Of a DNA stretch of 64,000 bases, positions 38,864-48,439 are shown one piece after another. The notes below the pieces were generated by a model that saw nothing but the letters and a program-made list of their open reading frames with translations, searched no databases and was not told the origin of the DNA. Position numbers and translations under genes: made by a program. Origin of the DNA: Phycisphaerae bacterium (GTDB taxonomy: Bacteria > Planctomycetota > Phycisphaerae > UBA1845); assembly GCA_963666835.2 (NCBI GenBank), contig CAXXGO010000006.1:2368001-2432000 (forward strand). The letters are read 5' to 3'. Positions within the stretch are counted from its first letter, which is position 1, and every line of letters starts with the position of its first letter.

Positions 38864-40318
38864 TTACGGGCAAGCACTGGGGTCACTGAACGGGTAGGCT
38901 TGCCCCTGGAACCCTTGCACGGCCAGCATTACATCCGTCATGTTGGCCACCTGGTTCGGGATTTCTCCGTCGAGGTCTACCCATGTCAAGGGAGGTGCGC
39001 TCGCCAGCACCTGGAAGCCCTGGAGGGTCGCCATGATATCATCCATGCTCACGATGCCGTTGGGCGCGCTCCAGGTAACGCCCCCGAATGCGCCCACCAC
39101 GTCCGCCCAGTTCTTCGGAGTCGGCTGGCCAACGGTTTCAAACTCTGCCGGCTCGCCGAGATGGATACCGTCCGCCGATACCGCAATTGCGTATGTCGCG
39201 GCGGGGACGATCTCGCAGTCGCCCACATTGACCAACGCGGGCCAGGCATCGCTGAAGAACGGCGTGTCTTCGACTGTGGAGAAGCCGTCCATGTCCGGTT
39301 CGGATACCCAACCCACAGACCCGGTCGACGTCGGGAAATGCGCACTCGAGGTCATCTCCACATGGTAAGCCACCGGCACGGCGTTGCTCCCCGGTACGAA
39401 TGACAGGTACCGATTCTTCGGCGTGTTGTCCGGGGATGCGGGCTCTTCGGCCGGGAGCAGGCTCCAGGCATCCAAATGATCGGTCAGAGTCCGAATGGTT
39501 GCTTCCGCCGCGTCGCTTGCTTCGGCTAGGCTCAGGGCGGATCCGACGTGCACGTGGCCCGAGGCGGCGACCCAGGCGGGATCGCTACGGTCGGAATGCA
39601 GTACGCGGTACCAGCACGCGTGGTACCCGAGGAAATTGCACAGGAACCTGCTGGTATCGATTGTCGTTGAATAGACGGTCAGCGTTGGCACGTCGGCAAC
39701 GACCGCGTCGATGATCTCCTGAAACGGTAACGTCGACCACCGCTCCGTGCCGGATGGCTCAGAGGCGATGGGCAGTTCCGGCGTCGGATCGAACGGGGCG
39801 AGGTAGTCGTCAGTCCAGATGCTCAACGCATACATCCGCGCGCCGCCCTCGAGTTCCCAGTCCATATCGTCGTCGGCGCGGCCGAACGTGATGATGGCGA
39901 TGGGCTCGACCTGTGCGACGATATCCCAGAAGTCTGCGGACGTATCCTGATAGTCAACCTCGAAATCGCCTTCGCCCTTGCCCAGGCCTTCCGGAAACTC
40001 CGGGAAGAAGGCGTAGACGTTGTAGCCGCGGCCCTCCCAGTCTTCGCCGATCCAGCCGTCCGGGTTCTGTTCGGCGTTGTTGCTGAACGGGCGGAGCATC
40101 TCATTGGTGGGCGGCCAGTAGCCGGTGACCATGATGTTGGGCAAGTCGTTGTCGGCCAGATCAACCGGGCCGCGCTCGCCGCTAAGCTGAATCGCGCGGG
40201 CATAGTCCGGTAGCGGGGTCCCTTCGCGTTCCTTATACTTCTGGGCCAAGGACGTTTCCTCGGCGGCGATCATCACGATTGCGGCAAGCGCTGCGATACG
40301 GAAGAGGTGCGACTGCAT
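38864..40318 (-). CDS. Secreted pyroglutamyl-peptidase-I-like (C15) protein with C-terminal dockerin-like domain
   Basis: AGGAG RBS and signal peptide; IMVTGYWP, ELE, RFLCN, GHVHV; paired DVVG...NGIVSMDDI / DLDG...NQVANMTDV motifs. Confidence 0.75.
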   Translation of the reverse strand: MQSHLFRIAALAAIVMIAAEETSLAQKYKEREGTPLPDYARAIQLSGERGPVDLADNDLPNIMVTGYWPPTNEMLRPFSNNAEQNPDGWIGEDWEGRGYNVYAFFPEFPEGLGKGEGDFEVDYQDTSADFWDIVAQVEPIAIITFGRADDDMDWELEGGARMYALSIWTDDYLAPFDPTPELPIASEPSGTERWSTLPFQEIIDAVVADVPTLTVYSTTIDTSRFLCNFLGYHACWYRVLHSDRSDPAWVAASGHVHVGSALSLAEASDAAEATIRTLTDHLDAWSLLPAEEPASPDNTPKNRYLSFVPGSNAVPVAYHVEMTSSAHFPTSTGSVGWVSEPDMDGFSTVEDTPFFSDAWPALVNVGDCEIVPAATYAIAVSADGIHLGEPAEFETVGQPTPKNWADVVGAFGGVTWSAPNGIVSMDDIMATLQGFQVLASAPPLTWVDLDGEIPNQVANMTDVMLAVQGFQGQAYPFSDPSACP

Positions 40319-40631
40319 GTCAGGCTCCTTTCCACTGAGGTTTGCCGGGCGTGCCCGGTGCCCTCCGTTTTTCGTTCCGGCGGCGACTGGAAGAACCGCC
40401 ACTGAGCGGGGAGCCCGGTGACGGAGTTGGTTCGGCCGGAATCCCGGCGCGCAACCCCACCTGGGCGACCCGCTGCTCGCCCAGTGTACCAGCTTATAGG
40501 TCCCGATTGAAACCTTTTCTTGGGGATCGTTGTCCCCGACGAGCGGGGTGGCGGGTTGGGCCGGTAATAGGGCGGCCAGGCGGCCCGACACCGAGCGAAA
40601 GGCGGCTGCTATGGGTCAGTCCGGCGCTATC

Positions 40632-41948
40632 CTAACCGCCAAAGCCACGCCGGGAGCTGAGCCAATACACCGGGAGCCCGAGCAGGATCAGGATTCCGGA
40701 GGCGGCCGCGATTTGCGGCTTGTAGGTCACGGCGCTGTAGATCAAAAATGCGCACACGGCGCAGAACACGATTGTAGTAAGCGGGTAACCGGTCACGCGG
40801 TAGGGGCGGTCCGTGGCGGGCTCTTTGACCCGCAGGACGATCACGGCCAGGCTCGTGGCCAGATAGAACGAGTACACGGCCGCGGCGGTGTAGAGGATTG
40901 TGTCTATGAAGGAGCCGAGCGCGACGATCAGCACGACGGCGATTCCAGCTTGGAGCACTAACGCCCGGACCGGCGTTTCGGTGCGCCGGTTCCATCGCCC
41001 CAAAGCCCTGAACACGCGATGCTCGGTGCCTACCGCGTAGGAAATCCGGGCCCCGGCGAAGATCAGACCGCTCACCGCGCCCAAGGCCGAGACGCAGATC
41101 AGCGCGCTTATCAGACGTCCGCCCAGCTTCGGGAACATCGCCGATACTGCGTCCGTCGCCACCGCGTCGGATGTGGCTACGCCGGAATAGCCCAGTGTGT
41201 AGAGGAAGGCTCCGTTGGCCAGGACATACAGCACGGTGACCGCGGCCGTGCCGAGGACTAACGCGCGGACGATGTTCTGCTTCGGGTTGTGAACCTCGGC
41301 GGCGACGTAGGCCATTTCGTTCCAACCGCCGAACGTGAACAGTACGAGAATCAGCGCTACACTGGCGGGGAACGGTTCTACCGGACTGCCGGCGGTAGCG
41401 GTGGTTGGCGGTGGGGCGACTACTGCCACGATGATGACAGCCAGCAAACCGATCACTTTGGCAACGGTCAGTACGTTCTGCGTCCATTTGCCTTGTCGGA
41501 CGCCCACGATGTTGATCGCCGTCAGGACGACGACGGCTGAAGCGGCATAAAGCTGCTGAGTGAGGTTTAGTGATGAATCTGCGAACGGGTCATAGAGAGG
41601 CCGGGCGTAAGTGGCGAACGCGAATGCCATGACGGTAATGTCGCCCGGCCGGACGACGACGGTCTGGATCCAGCCGAACAAAAAGCCGGCGAGCCGGCCG
41701 TAGGCTCGGGTAAGATAGACGTAGTCGCCGCCCTCTTGCGGAAACGCGGTGGCCAGTTCGGCGTATCCCAACGCGCCGCAAAGGGAGAGCAGTCCGCCAA
41801 GGACCCAGATGGCCAATGCGCCTTCCCAGCACCCAACCCCGCGGGCAACGTCCGGAGCCGTCTGGTAAAGCCCGACGCCGACGATGATCCCCACGATCAG
41901 GCACGTGGAGTCGAAGAGCGTCAGTTCCTTTCTCAGGGGCGTCGGCAA
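40632..41948 (-). CDS. APC-family amino acid permease
   Basis: GIIVGVGLY, GALGYAELATAFPQEGGDYVYL, FTFGGWNE...AEVHNP, RPYRVTGYP. Confidence 0.92.
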   Translation of the reverse strand: MPTPLRKELTLFDSTCLIVGIIVGVGLYQTAPDVARGVGCWEGALAIWVLGGLLSLCGALGYAELATAFPQEGGDYVYLTRAYGRLAGFLFGWIQTVVVRPGDITVMAFAFATYARPLYDPFADSSLNLTQQLYAASAVVVLTAINIVGVRQGKWTQNVLTVAKVIGLLAVIIVAVVAPPPTTATAGSPVEPFPASVALILVLFTFGGWNEMAYVAAEVHNPKQNIVRALVLGTAAVTVLYVLANGAFLYTLGYSGVATSDAVATDAVSAMFPKLGGRLISALICVSALGAVSGLIFAGARISYAVGTEHRVFRALGRWNRRTETPVRALVLQAGIAVVLIVALGSFIDTILYTAAAVYSFYLATSLAVIVLRVKEPATDRPYRVTGYPLTTIVFCAVCAFLIYSAVTYKPQIAAASGILILLGLPVYWLSSRRGFGG

Positions 41949-41965
41949 GTTATCCTCGCAGCCTG

Positions 41966-42940
41966 CTATTTCGCCTTATAGACGACGAAGTACTGCTCCG
42001 GGAGGAAGTCAAACACCTGGGCGGGCTTCAACCCGGCTTCGGCCATATCGGCGTCAATCTGTTCTCTCGATACCTGTTGCTCAGGCGACGGCCCCCACGG
42101 TCGCTCTGACCATGGTTTCGGAGTGTAATCGATGATGACGATCCGTCCGCCGGGAGCAAGTCCGGCCCGCATCTTGTTGGCGTAGTCCGACCGGTCCTTG
42201 ACGTAATGGAGCGTGTCCACCATCAGAATCGTATCGACGCTGCCGGGTGAGAGCTGTGGGTCGTCCCGGGGCACTTTGACGAGTTTCACGTTGGTGATGT
42301 TCTCGGCTTTGAGCCGTTTCTCGATGTGATCGAGCATGGCCTGGACGACGTCAATTGCCAAAACGACCCCGCCGGGCTCAACGGCTTTGGCCGCGCGCAG
42401 GGTGAAGTAGCCGGAGCCCGCCCCAATGTCCGCCACGCGCTCGCCGGGTTTGAGGGCCAACGCGGCCATAACCTGATCGGGTTTCTGGAAATCCTCGCGT
42501 TCGTCGCGTTCCAGCATCGCGATATACCCGGGAGCCCAGATACGCCCGAGCAGTTCACGAAACCGGTCCTCTTTGCGGATGCTCTCGAAGTCCGGGTCCT
42601 TGAGGATCTGCTGCAGGTCCCAGAAACCGGCGTTCACGGCCCGTTCGAGCCAGGTGTATGCCTCCTCCTTGTGTCCGAGGCGACAGTGCAGGCAGGCGAG
42701 GTTGTAGAGGCAGTTGATGTGCCGGGGCTCGACGATCTCGTTCATCTTCTCGGCGATCTCGATCGCCTCGGCTATTCTTTCGCCCTTGTAGGCCTCTTCG
42801 AGCTGCTGATGTAGTTTCTCGTATTCGGTTATGGGTTCGTTCTGGGCGTGTGCCCTTAGCGCGGTCGGACCGGCAATCATCGCCGCCGTCAGCATCAGCA
42901 GACCCGCCTCGAGGCCTCGGTTTCGTTCTCTGTTCCGCAT
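41966..42940 (-). CDS. Secreted TPR + class I SAM methyltransferase
   Basis: Signal peptide; LYNLAC...AVNAGF...DPDFESIR TPR-like segment; VADIGAGSGYFT SAM motif. Confidence 0.85.
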   Translation of the reverse strand: MRNRERNRGLEAGLLMLTAAMIAGPTALRAHAQNEPITEYEKLHQQLEEAYKGERIAEAIEIAEKMNEIVEPRHINCLYNLACLHCRLGHKEEAYTWLERAVNAGFWDLQQILKDPDFESIRKEDRFRELLGRIWAPGYIAMLERDEREDFQKPDQVMAALALKPGERVADIGAGSGYFTLRAAKAVEPGGVVLAIDVVQAMLDHIEKRLKAENITNVKLVKVPRDDPQLSPGSVDTILMVDTLHYVKDRSDYANKMRAGLAPGGRIVIIDYTPKPWSERPWGPSPEQQVSREQIDADMAEAGLKPAQVFDFLPEQYFVVYKAK

Positions 42941-43180
42941 ATCGTTCTCCTGTTGACGCGGCCGCTAAAGGCGACCGCAAGCGTCAACTTACGGAGTTAG
43001 ACTGCCTTGCGGCAAGCAGAGTGCTGTCGAATCCTGTATGAGCTTGTACGGCGGCGCTCGTCACGTTGAGACGATTGGCAGGTGGTTATGGGCTCGCGGC
43101 GAGTGGCATGGGTCAACTGGTTGCCCCGTGGAGCGTAAGAGGCGGGCGGGTGCCGGGTGGCCGGGGTTCTCTTGAGGCAC

Positions 43181-43663
43181 GGGCATGGTCGAGGTACGAG
43201 ACCTGCCGCCAAGGCGTGCGTCGCGCAGAGGTTGCGGCAGGTCTCGTAGCTCGACCATGCCCTACGAGAGCCAATCTCGGTAGGGTCCGCTGTGCGGACC
43301 ACAGGGCCTCGGAAGTTGCATGGCCCGGCGGGGTGGTAAGGGCTCCCGTCGCGCCGGGGGTCGGCTTATCGTGTGACACCATGTAGGCATCGCGGCAGGT
43401 CTCGTACCTCGACCGTGCCCTACGAGGGCCAATTGCCAGGCTGCCTGTTGATCATCGGCTCCCCCACGTCCAGTGGGGACAGGGTCGGATGACCCGCCAG
43501 GATTCGGAGCACACGCCAAACTCAAAAGGACGTGGGCCACCCTGCCTAAACTCAAAAGGACGTGGGCTACCCTGTCGGTCCGCACAGCGGATCCCACGGA
43601 GGCTACTTTGTCCGTGCGTCACGCAGAGGTCGCGGCAGGTCTCGTGCCTCGACCGTGCCCTAC
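43181..43663. repeat. Mosaic REP cluster (BIME-like)
   Basis: REP core inverted at 43181-43207 and direct at 43236, 43394 and 43634; second family GTAGGGTCCGCTGTGCGGACC at 43280 with its inverse near 43577; 30-bp direct repeat AAACTCAAAAGGACGTGGGCYACCCTG at 43518 and 43548. Confidence 0.85.
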
Positions 43664-43674
43664 CGGCTTACGCG

Positions 43675-43986
43675 TCATACCTCCTCGACGAAGATCACGC
43701 GGACCAGGTCTGTGAGGGTGCGGCCCATGTGTTTGTCTTTCGGGCCGGAGGGAATGAAGACGCCGTCGCCGGGACCGTAGTTGACCACCTCGTTTTCGTA
43801 GCGGATCTCGAATCGTCCTTCCAAGACCATGCCGATGTGGCCCTTCTCGCACCAGTGGGGCTCCATCTCACCGGTGTACTCGACCATCCGTAACTGCTTC
43901 CCGTCGTGTCGGTGGGCCTTGAAACGCAGGCCCGGCATCGGCGATTGCCACTCGATCGAATCGAAATCTACCAGGTATTGACTCAT
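43675..43986 (-). CDS. Cupin domain protein
   Basis: PHWCEKGHIGMVLEG...GDGVFIPSG...H; ATGA overlap with the upstream gene. Confidence 0.85.
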   Translation of the reverse strand: MSQYLVDFDSIEWQSPMPGLRFKAHRHDGKQLRMVEYTGEMEPHWCEKGHIGMVLEGRFEIRYENEVVNYGPGDGVFIPSGPKDKHMGRTLTDLVRVIFVEEV

Positions 43987-45563
43987 CGTTGTTCTTCCTT
44001 TTCTTGGGGAGGTTTTGCATTTTTGAGAACCAGGGCGCCGGTCGGACACGCCTCGACGCACTGCCGGGCGGTCTTAGCCAACGCCTCGGCCATCGACTTG
44101 TTGAGCGGCACGCCGACCCGGACGTCGAATCCGCGGCCGATGAATGTGAGCCCGATGTCCTCGCCGGCTTCCGCCGCGATCCGCACGCACAATCCGCAGA
44201 GGATGCACTTGCCCGGTTCGTAGATGACGTCGCCGTGTTGAGCGTGCCGTTGCAGCTTCTGCCGGTATCCGGAGAACCGCTTCCCCTTCACGCCATAGGC
44301 CTCGGCGTAACGCCGCAGCCGGCAGTCGTTCGGTTTGCCGCAGTCACAGTGCAGGCACCGGGCCGCCTCGGTGCGGGCTTGTTCTTCCGTAAGATCTTGG
44401 CCTTCAGCCGCCCGGCCGCTACGGTTGGATCCGGCGGCAAGTTGCTCGATTTCCTCTTCCGCCAGACGCCCGGCCCGCACGTTGTATATTGCCCGAGAGC
44501 CCGTCACGGGATCGCCCCGCAGGTATTGGCAGATGCTCGCTACGGCGGCTTTTGCGTCGGCCAGGGTACGGATCACCAGCTTGCTGCTGTGTCGAATTTC
44601 CCCGGCCGCGAAGACTCCGGGCTGGTCGGTCTCGTGATTCTCAGCGTTTACCGTGACGCCGACGCCAACCGGCGCGCCTGCGCTTCCATCCTCATCTGGT
44701 TTCGGCGCGCCGGTGGCAATCAGAACGGCGTCGTATTCAGCTCGCAGATCTGCAAGTTGCTTCTTCCCGTTGACCTCCGTATTCAAATGGAAGACCGCAC
44801 CCATTCGCTCGATTACGGCGATCTCGGCGTCCACCACCGACTGAGGCAGTTCGTCGGCGTCGAACCGAGTTCGGAGCGTGCCGCCCGGTTCATTCCGGCG
44901 ATCAAACAAGGTACAGTCATGCCCTTCCTGGAGCAAGTGATAAGCGGCCGTCAGACCCGCCGGACCTGCTCCGACGATTGCTATCTTCTTACCGCTACTC
45001 GGCTTACACGGCGGCAGGTAGGGCGACGCCGACGCCAGATCCAGGTCGGCCACGAGTCTCTTGATCAGGCAGATCGCCGGGGCCGAGTCGAGATGGCTGC
45101 GGTGGCAAGCGCGCTCGCACGGCTCCGGGCAGATTCGCCCAAGCACCGCTGGTAGGGCGATGTCCCGCTTGACGGTGACGATAGCCTCATCGAACCGGCC
45201 GGCGGCCACCTGGCGGAGCATTAACGGGATGTCCAGATGGGCCGGGCAGGTGCTCTGGCAGGGGGCTACGCAGTCGCCGACGTGATTGCTCAGCAGCAGC
45301 TCCAAACCGATCTTGCGGATCCGGCGGATCTCGGCGGTCTCGCTCTCGATTCTCATGCCCTCTTCGGCTTTGGTTGCGCAGGACGGCACGAGTCGATCCG
45401 ATCCTTCCGCACGAACCACGCAGAGCATGCAGGCCGTGGCCGGGGGGTGTCCGGGGCGATAGCAGAGCGCGGGTATGTCCACGCCGAGCTGCCGCGCCGC
45501 GTCCAACACAGTGCCACCTTCGGGCACTTCTACCTCTCGACCGTCAATGTGCAGGCGGGGCAT
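43983..45563 (-). CDS. Fe-S flavoprotein, BfuA/NfnA-like (NuoG/HydA N-terminal scaffold with GltD-like FAD insert)
   Basis: 2Fe-2S PALC..ACMLC..PSC; HVGDC..PCQSTCP; ICPEPCERAC; GAGPAGL; GVFAAGE; RCLHCDC....C; KCILCGLC...CVEACPTGAL. Confidence 0.85.
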   Translation of the reverse strand: MPRLHIDGREVEVPEGGTVLDAARQLGVDIPALCYRPGHPPATACMLCVVRAEGSDRLVPSCATKAEEGMRIESETAEIRRIRKIGLELLLSNHVGDCVAPCQSTCPAHLDIPLMLRQVAAGRFDEAIVTVKRDIALPAVLGRICPEPCERACHRSHLDSAPAICLIKRLVADLDLASASPYLPPCKPSSGKKIAIVGAGPAGLTAAYHLLQEGHDCTLFDRRNEPGGTLRTRFDADELPQSVVDAEIAVIERMGAVFHLNTEVNGKKQLADLRAEYDAVLIATGAPKPDEDGSAGAPVGVGVTVNAENHETDQPGVFAAGEIRHSSKLVIRTLADAKAAVASICQYLRGDPVTGSRAIYNVRAGRLAEEEIEQLAAGSNRSGRAAEGQDLTEEQARTEAARCLHCDCGKPNDCRLRRYAEAYGVKGKRFSGYRQKLQRHAQHGDVIYEPGKCILCGLCVRIAAEAGEDIGLTFIGRGFDVRVGVPLNKSMAEALAKTARQCVEACPTGALVLKNAKPPQEKEEQR

Positions 45564-45634
45564 TCAGGTTGAACTCCGGTTTCGCTTGCTATTGGCCGTT
45601 CGGGTCATTGTCCGCCGTCTCCAATCCTCTGGAA

Positions 45635-48439
45635 TCAGACCACCTCAATGGCGTCTTCCGGACACTTCGTTCTGCAGATGTCACACCGCGTGCATTTCTC
45701 GGCGTCGATTTCGTGTTTCCGGTATGGGGTGAAACCGATGGCATCGTCCGGACAGTGCTGCGCGCACAACGTACAACCGGTGCAAGCGTCCGTTACGCGG
45801 TACGTGATCAGAGCCTTGCACTTGCCGGCGGGGCAGCGGCCGTCGAGATGTGCTTCGTACTCCTCGCGGAAGTACCGCAGGGTGGAGAGCACCGGGTTCG
45901 GCGCGGTCTTGCCCAATCCGCAGAGGCTTGCTTTCTTGATGGCGTGGGCGAGTTCTTCGAGCGTGTCCAGGTCGCTCGGATGCCCACGGCCCTCGCAGAT
46001 GCGGTTCAGGATGTCCAACATACGGCGCGTGCCGATTCGGCAGTACGTACACTTGCCGCACGAGTGGTCTTGGGTGAAGGCCAGGAAGTACCGGGCGATG
46101 TCAACCATGCAGTCGGTATCGTCGAGCACCACGAGCCCGCCGGACCCCATGATCGCCCCGACCTCGGCCAGGGCTTCGTAATCCACTGGCGTATCGGCCA
46201 GGAATGCCGGCACGCATCCGCCCGAGGGCCCGCCGATCTGGACGGCCTTGAACTGGCGATCGTCCTTGATGCCTCCGCCAATCTCCTCGACGATCCGGCG
46301 GACGGTAACGCCCATGGGCACTTCGATCAGCCCGCCGCGTTTGACCTTGCCGGCTAGGGCGAAAACTTTCGTGCCTTTGCTCTTGTCCGTGCCGAGTGCA
46401 GCGAAGGAGTCGGCTCCGTGGCGGATAATCCACGGCAGGGTGGTGTAAGTTTCGACGTTGTTGACCAGGGTGGGTTTGTTGCGCAGGCCCTGATCGGCCG
46501 GGAAGGGTGGCCGCAGCCTCGGCGAACCGCGCTTGCCTTCGATGGACGCGAGTAGAGCGGTTTCCTCTCCGCACACGAACGCCCCGGCGCCCTCCATAAT
46601 ATTGAGCCGCAGACTCAACCCGGTTCCGAGGATGTTGTCGCCGAGATACCCGCGCTGTTCACACTCGTGAATCGCCCCGCGGATTCGTTCCACGGCCAGC
46701 GGGTACTCGGCCCGGATGTAAAGGTAGCCCTCGCGGGCTCCAACGGCGAAGGCTGCTATGGCGATCCCCTCGATAACTCGAAACGGGAATGATTCCATCA
46801 ACATCCGGTCCATGAACGCCCCGGGGTCGCCCTCGTCGCCGTTGCAGATGATGTACTTCAGTTCGCCCTTCGCTTCGCGCACCCGCGACCATTTCAACCC
46901 GGTGGGGAATCCGGCGCCGCCGCGTCCGCGCAGCCCGCTTCGGGATACTTCGGCGATGACGTCTTCCGGTGACATGTCATTGACGCAATGCGCGAGAGCT
47001 TTGAACCCGTCGTTTCTCAAATACTCGTCAAGATCCGTCGGGTCGATCTGCCCGCAATGTTCCGTGGCGATGTGTTTCTGAGGACCGAGAAACGCCGCAA
47101 CCGGGGGGTCGCGAAGTTCGATAGCTCTTTCAGTGATCGGTGTCGCTTGCCCGTCCCGGCGGACCTTCTGAGCTACGGTCGTCAACGCGGCCGTGATCCG
47201 TCGGCGGGTACCGGTTGGGCGAAAATGTCGGAGGACGATTGCCGCGGCGTTTTCCGGACCGACTCCCGCATACAACGCGGCCGGCTTCCCCGGGATCACC
47301 GTCTCGACTAAGGGCGTCTGATGACACATTCCCACGCAACCGACGCGTTTGATGTGGACCCTCGATCCCGTGGCCGCAACCGCTTGTTCGAGTGCTTGAT
47401 GAACCTTGCCGCTGCCGCCGGCCACGCAACACGAGCCCAGCCCGATCCGGATCTCTCCGAGCAGGGGGGCGGTCTCGCGGTCCTCCGAAGGAAGAGGCGG
47501 ACGGGGACGACAAACATCGCCGTCGGCGGCAGCGCGGGCGGCGTCCAAAGCGTCCGGCACGGCATCGGGGGACAGGTGGCCGAACGTGGCGTCGTCGATC
47601 TGGGCGACCGGAGCCAGCGTGCAGCACCCCATGCACGCCACCTGCTCAACGGTAAACTCCCCGGTCGGATCCGTGTCAGTATCGGCAGCAATGCCCAACT
47701 CGCGACGCAGCTCGTCCGTGATGGCCTGGGCCCCGGCGACATGACAAGCAGTTCCATGGCACACCTTGACGATGTGCCGGCCCACCGGCGAATGCCGAAA
47801 CTGGGTGTAGAACGACGCGACCCCGGCGATCCGCGCCGGAGTGATCTCGGTGAGGGCGCAAATACGGGCGATGGCGTCCGGGTGCAAGTAACGGTAATGA
47901 TCCTGCACGGCCTGCAGGATGGGGATCGTCGCCTCGGGCGATCGCCCGAACCGGCTGATGACCTCGTCGACAAACCCCAAGTCGATTGCCTGGGCCTTGC
48001 AGGCATCGCACGGTTTGTGTGCCTCGGCCGGGCCGGTGGTTCGCCTCCGGCGCGTGGAGGCACGTTTCTCCCAGATGGCTCGGTGGGCGGCGATGGCCTT
48101 TGCGGTTGGAACCCGTCGGCCACCCAACCGGACCGACCACTTGGCGCCAATCAGCAAAAGCACGGCCGATATGACCAGGACGCGGGTCTCCTTGGCGACA
48201 CGCTTGTCTCGTTCGAGGGAGGCTTCCGTCTGGCGGTCCCACTCGGCCACTAACGCGGCGGATTGGGAGTCGTCTTCTCGGGCAAGTTCGGTTAGCTCGT
48301 CGATCCGCTGTTTCTCCGCTGCGATTCGGCCGACGGCGGCGGAATAGCCGACGATCATCACGCCGATGGTCGCGAAGGTGGCGATTGCTGCCGCCCCGGC
48401 CAGCAGGCGAGCGATAAGCCGTTGGGTGTCGCGACTCAT
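45635..48439 (-). CDS. Membrane-anchored NuoE-NuoF (HydC-HydB / BfuC-BfuB) fusion
   Basis: Two N-terminal TM helices; VCHGTAC...CMGCC; GSCC...GCVGMC; GRGGAGFPTG, NGDEGDPGAFMDR, VCGEETAL, GGPSG, SCGKCTYC...LCGLG, H..GRCPAGKC; C-terminal 2x[4Fe-4S]. Confidence 0.92.
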   Translation of the reverse strand: MSRDTQRLIARLLAGAAAIATFATIGVMIVGYSAAVGRIAAEKQRIDELTELAREDDSQSAALVAEWDRQTEASLERDKRVAKETRVLVISAVLLLIGAKWSVRLGGRRVPTAKAIAAHRAIWEKRASTRRRRTTGPAEAHKPCDACKAQAIDLGFVDEVISRFGRSPEATIPILQAVQDHYRYLHPDAIARICALTEITPARIAGVASFYTQFRHSPVGRHIVKVCHGTACHVAGAQAITDELRRELGIAADTDTDPTGEFTVEQVACMGCCTLAPVAQIDDATFGHLSPDAVPDALDAARAAADGDVCRPRPPLPSEDRETAPLLGEIRIGLGSCCVAGGSGKVHQALEQAVAATGSRVHIKRVGCVGMCHQTPLVETVIPGKPAALYAGVGPENAAAIVLRHFRPTGTRRRITAALTTVAQKVRRDGQATPITERAIELRDPPVAAFLGPQKHIATEHCGQIDPTDLDEYLRNDGFKALAHCVNDMSPEDVIAEVSRSGLRGRGGAGFPTGLKWSRVREAKGELKYIICNGDEGDPGAFMDRMLMESFPFRVIEGIAIAAFAVGAREGYLYIRAEYPLAVERIRGAIHECEQRGYLGDNILGTGLSLRLNIMEGAGAFVCGEETALLASIEGKRGSPRLRPPFPADQGLRNKPTLVNNVETYTTLPWIIRHGADSFAALGTDKSKGTKVFALAGKVKRGGLIEVPMGVTVRRIVEEIGGGIKDDRQFKAVQIGGPSGGCVPAFLADTPVDYEALAEVGAIMGSGGLVVLDDTDCMVDIARYFLAFTQDHSCGKCTYCRIGTRRMLDILNRICEGRGHPSDLDTLEELAHAIKKASLCGLGKTAPNPVLSTLRYFREEYEAHLDGRCPAGKCKALITYRVTDACTGCTLCAQHCPDDAIGFTPYRKHEIDAEKCTRCDICRTKCPEDAIEVV

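Noticed and set aside
43983..48439. [FeFe]-hydrogenase, formate dehydrogenase, glutamate synthase or complex I
   Set aside because: No H-cluster motifs, no molybdopterin subunit, no gltB and no nuo membrane genes; only the diaphorase and Fe-S modules are present.
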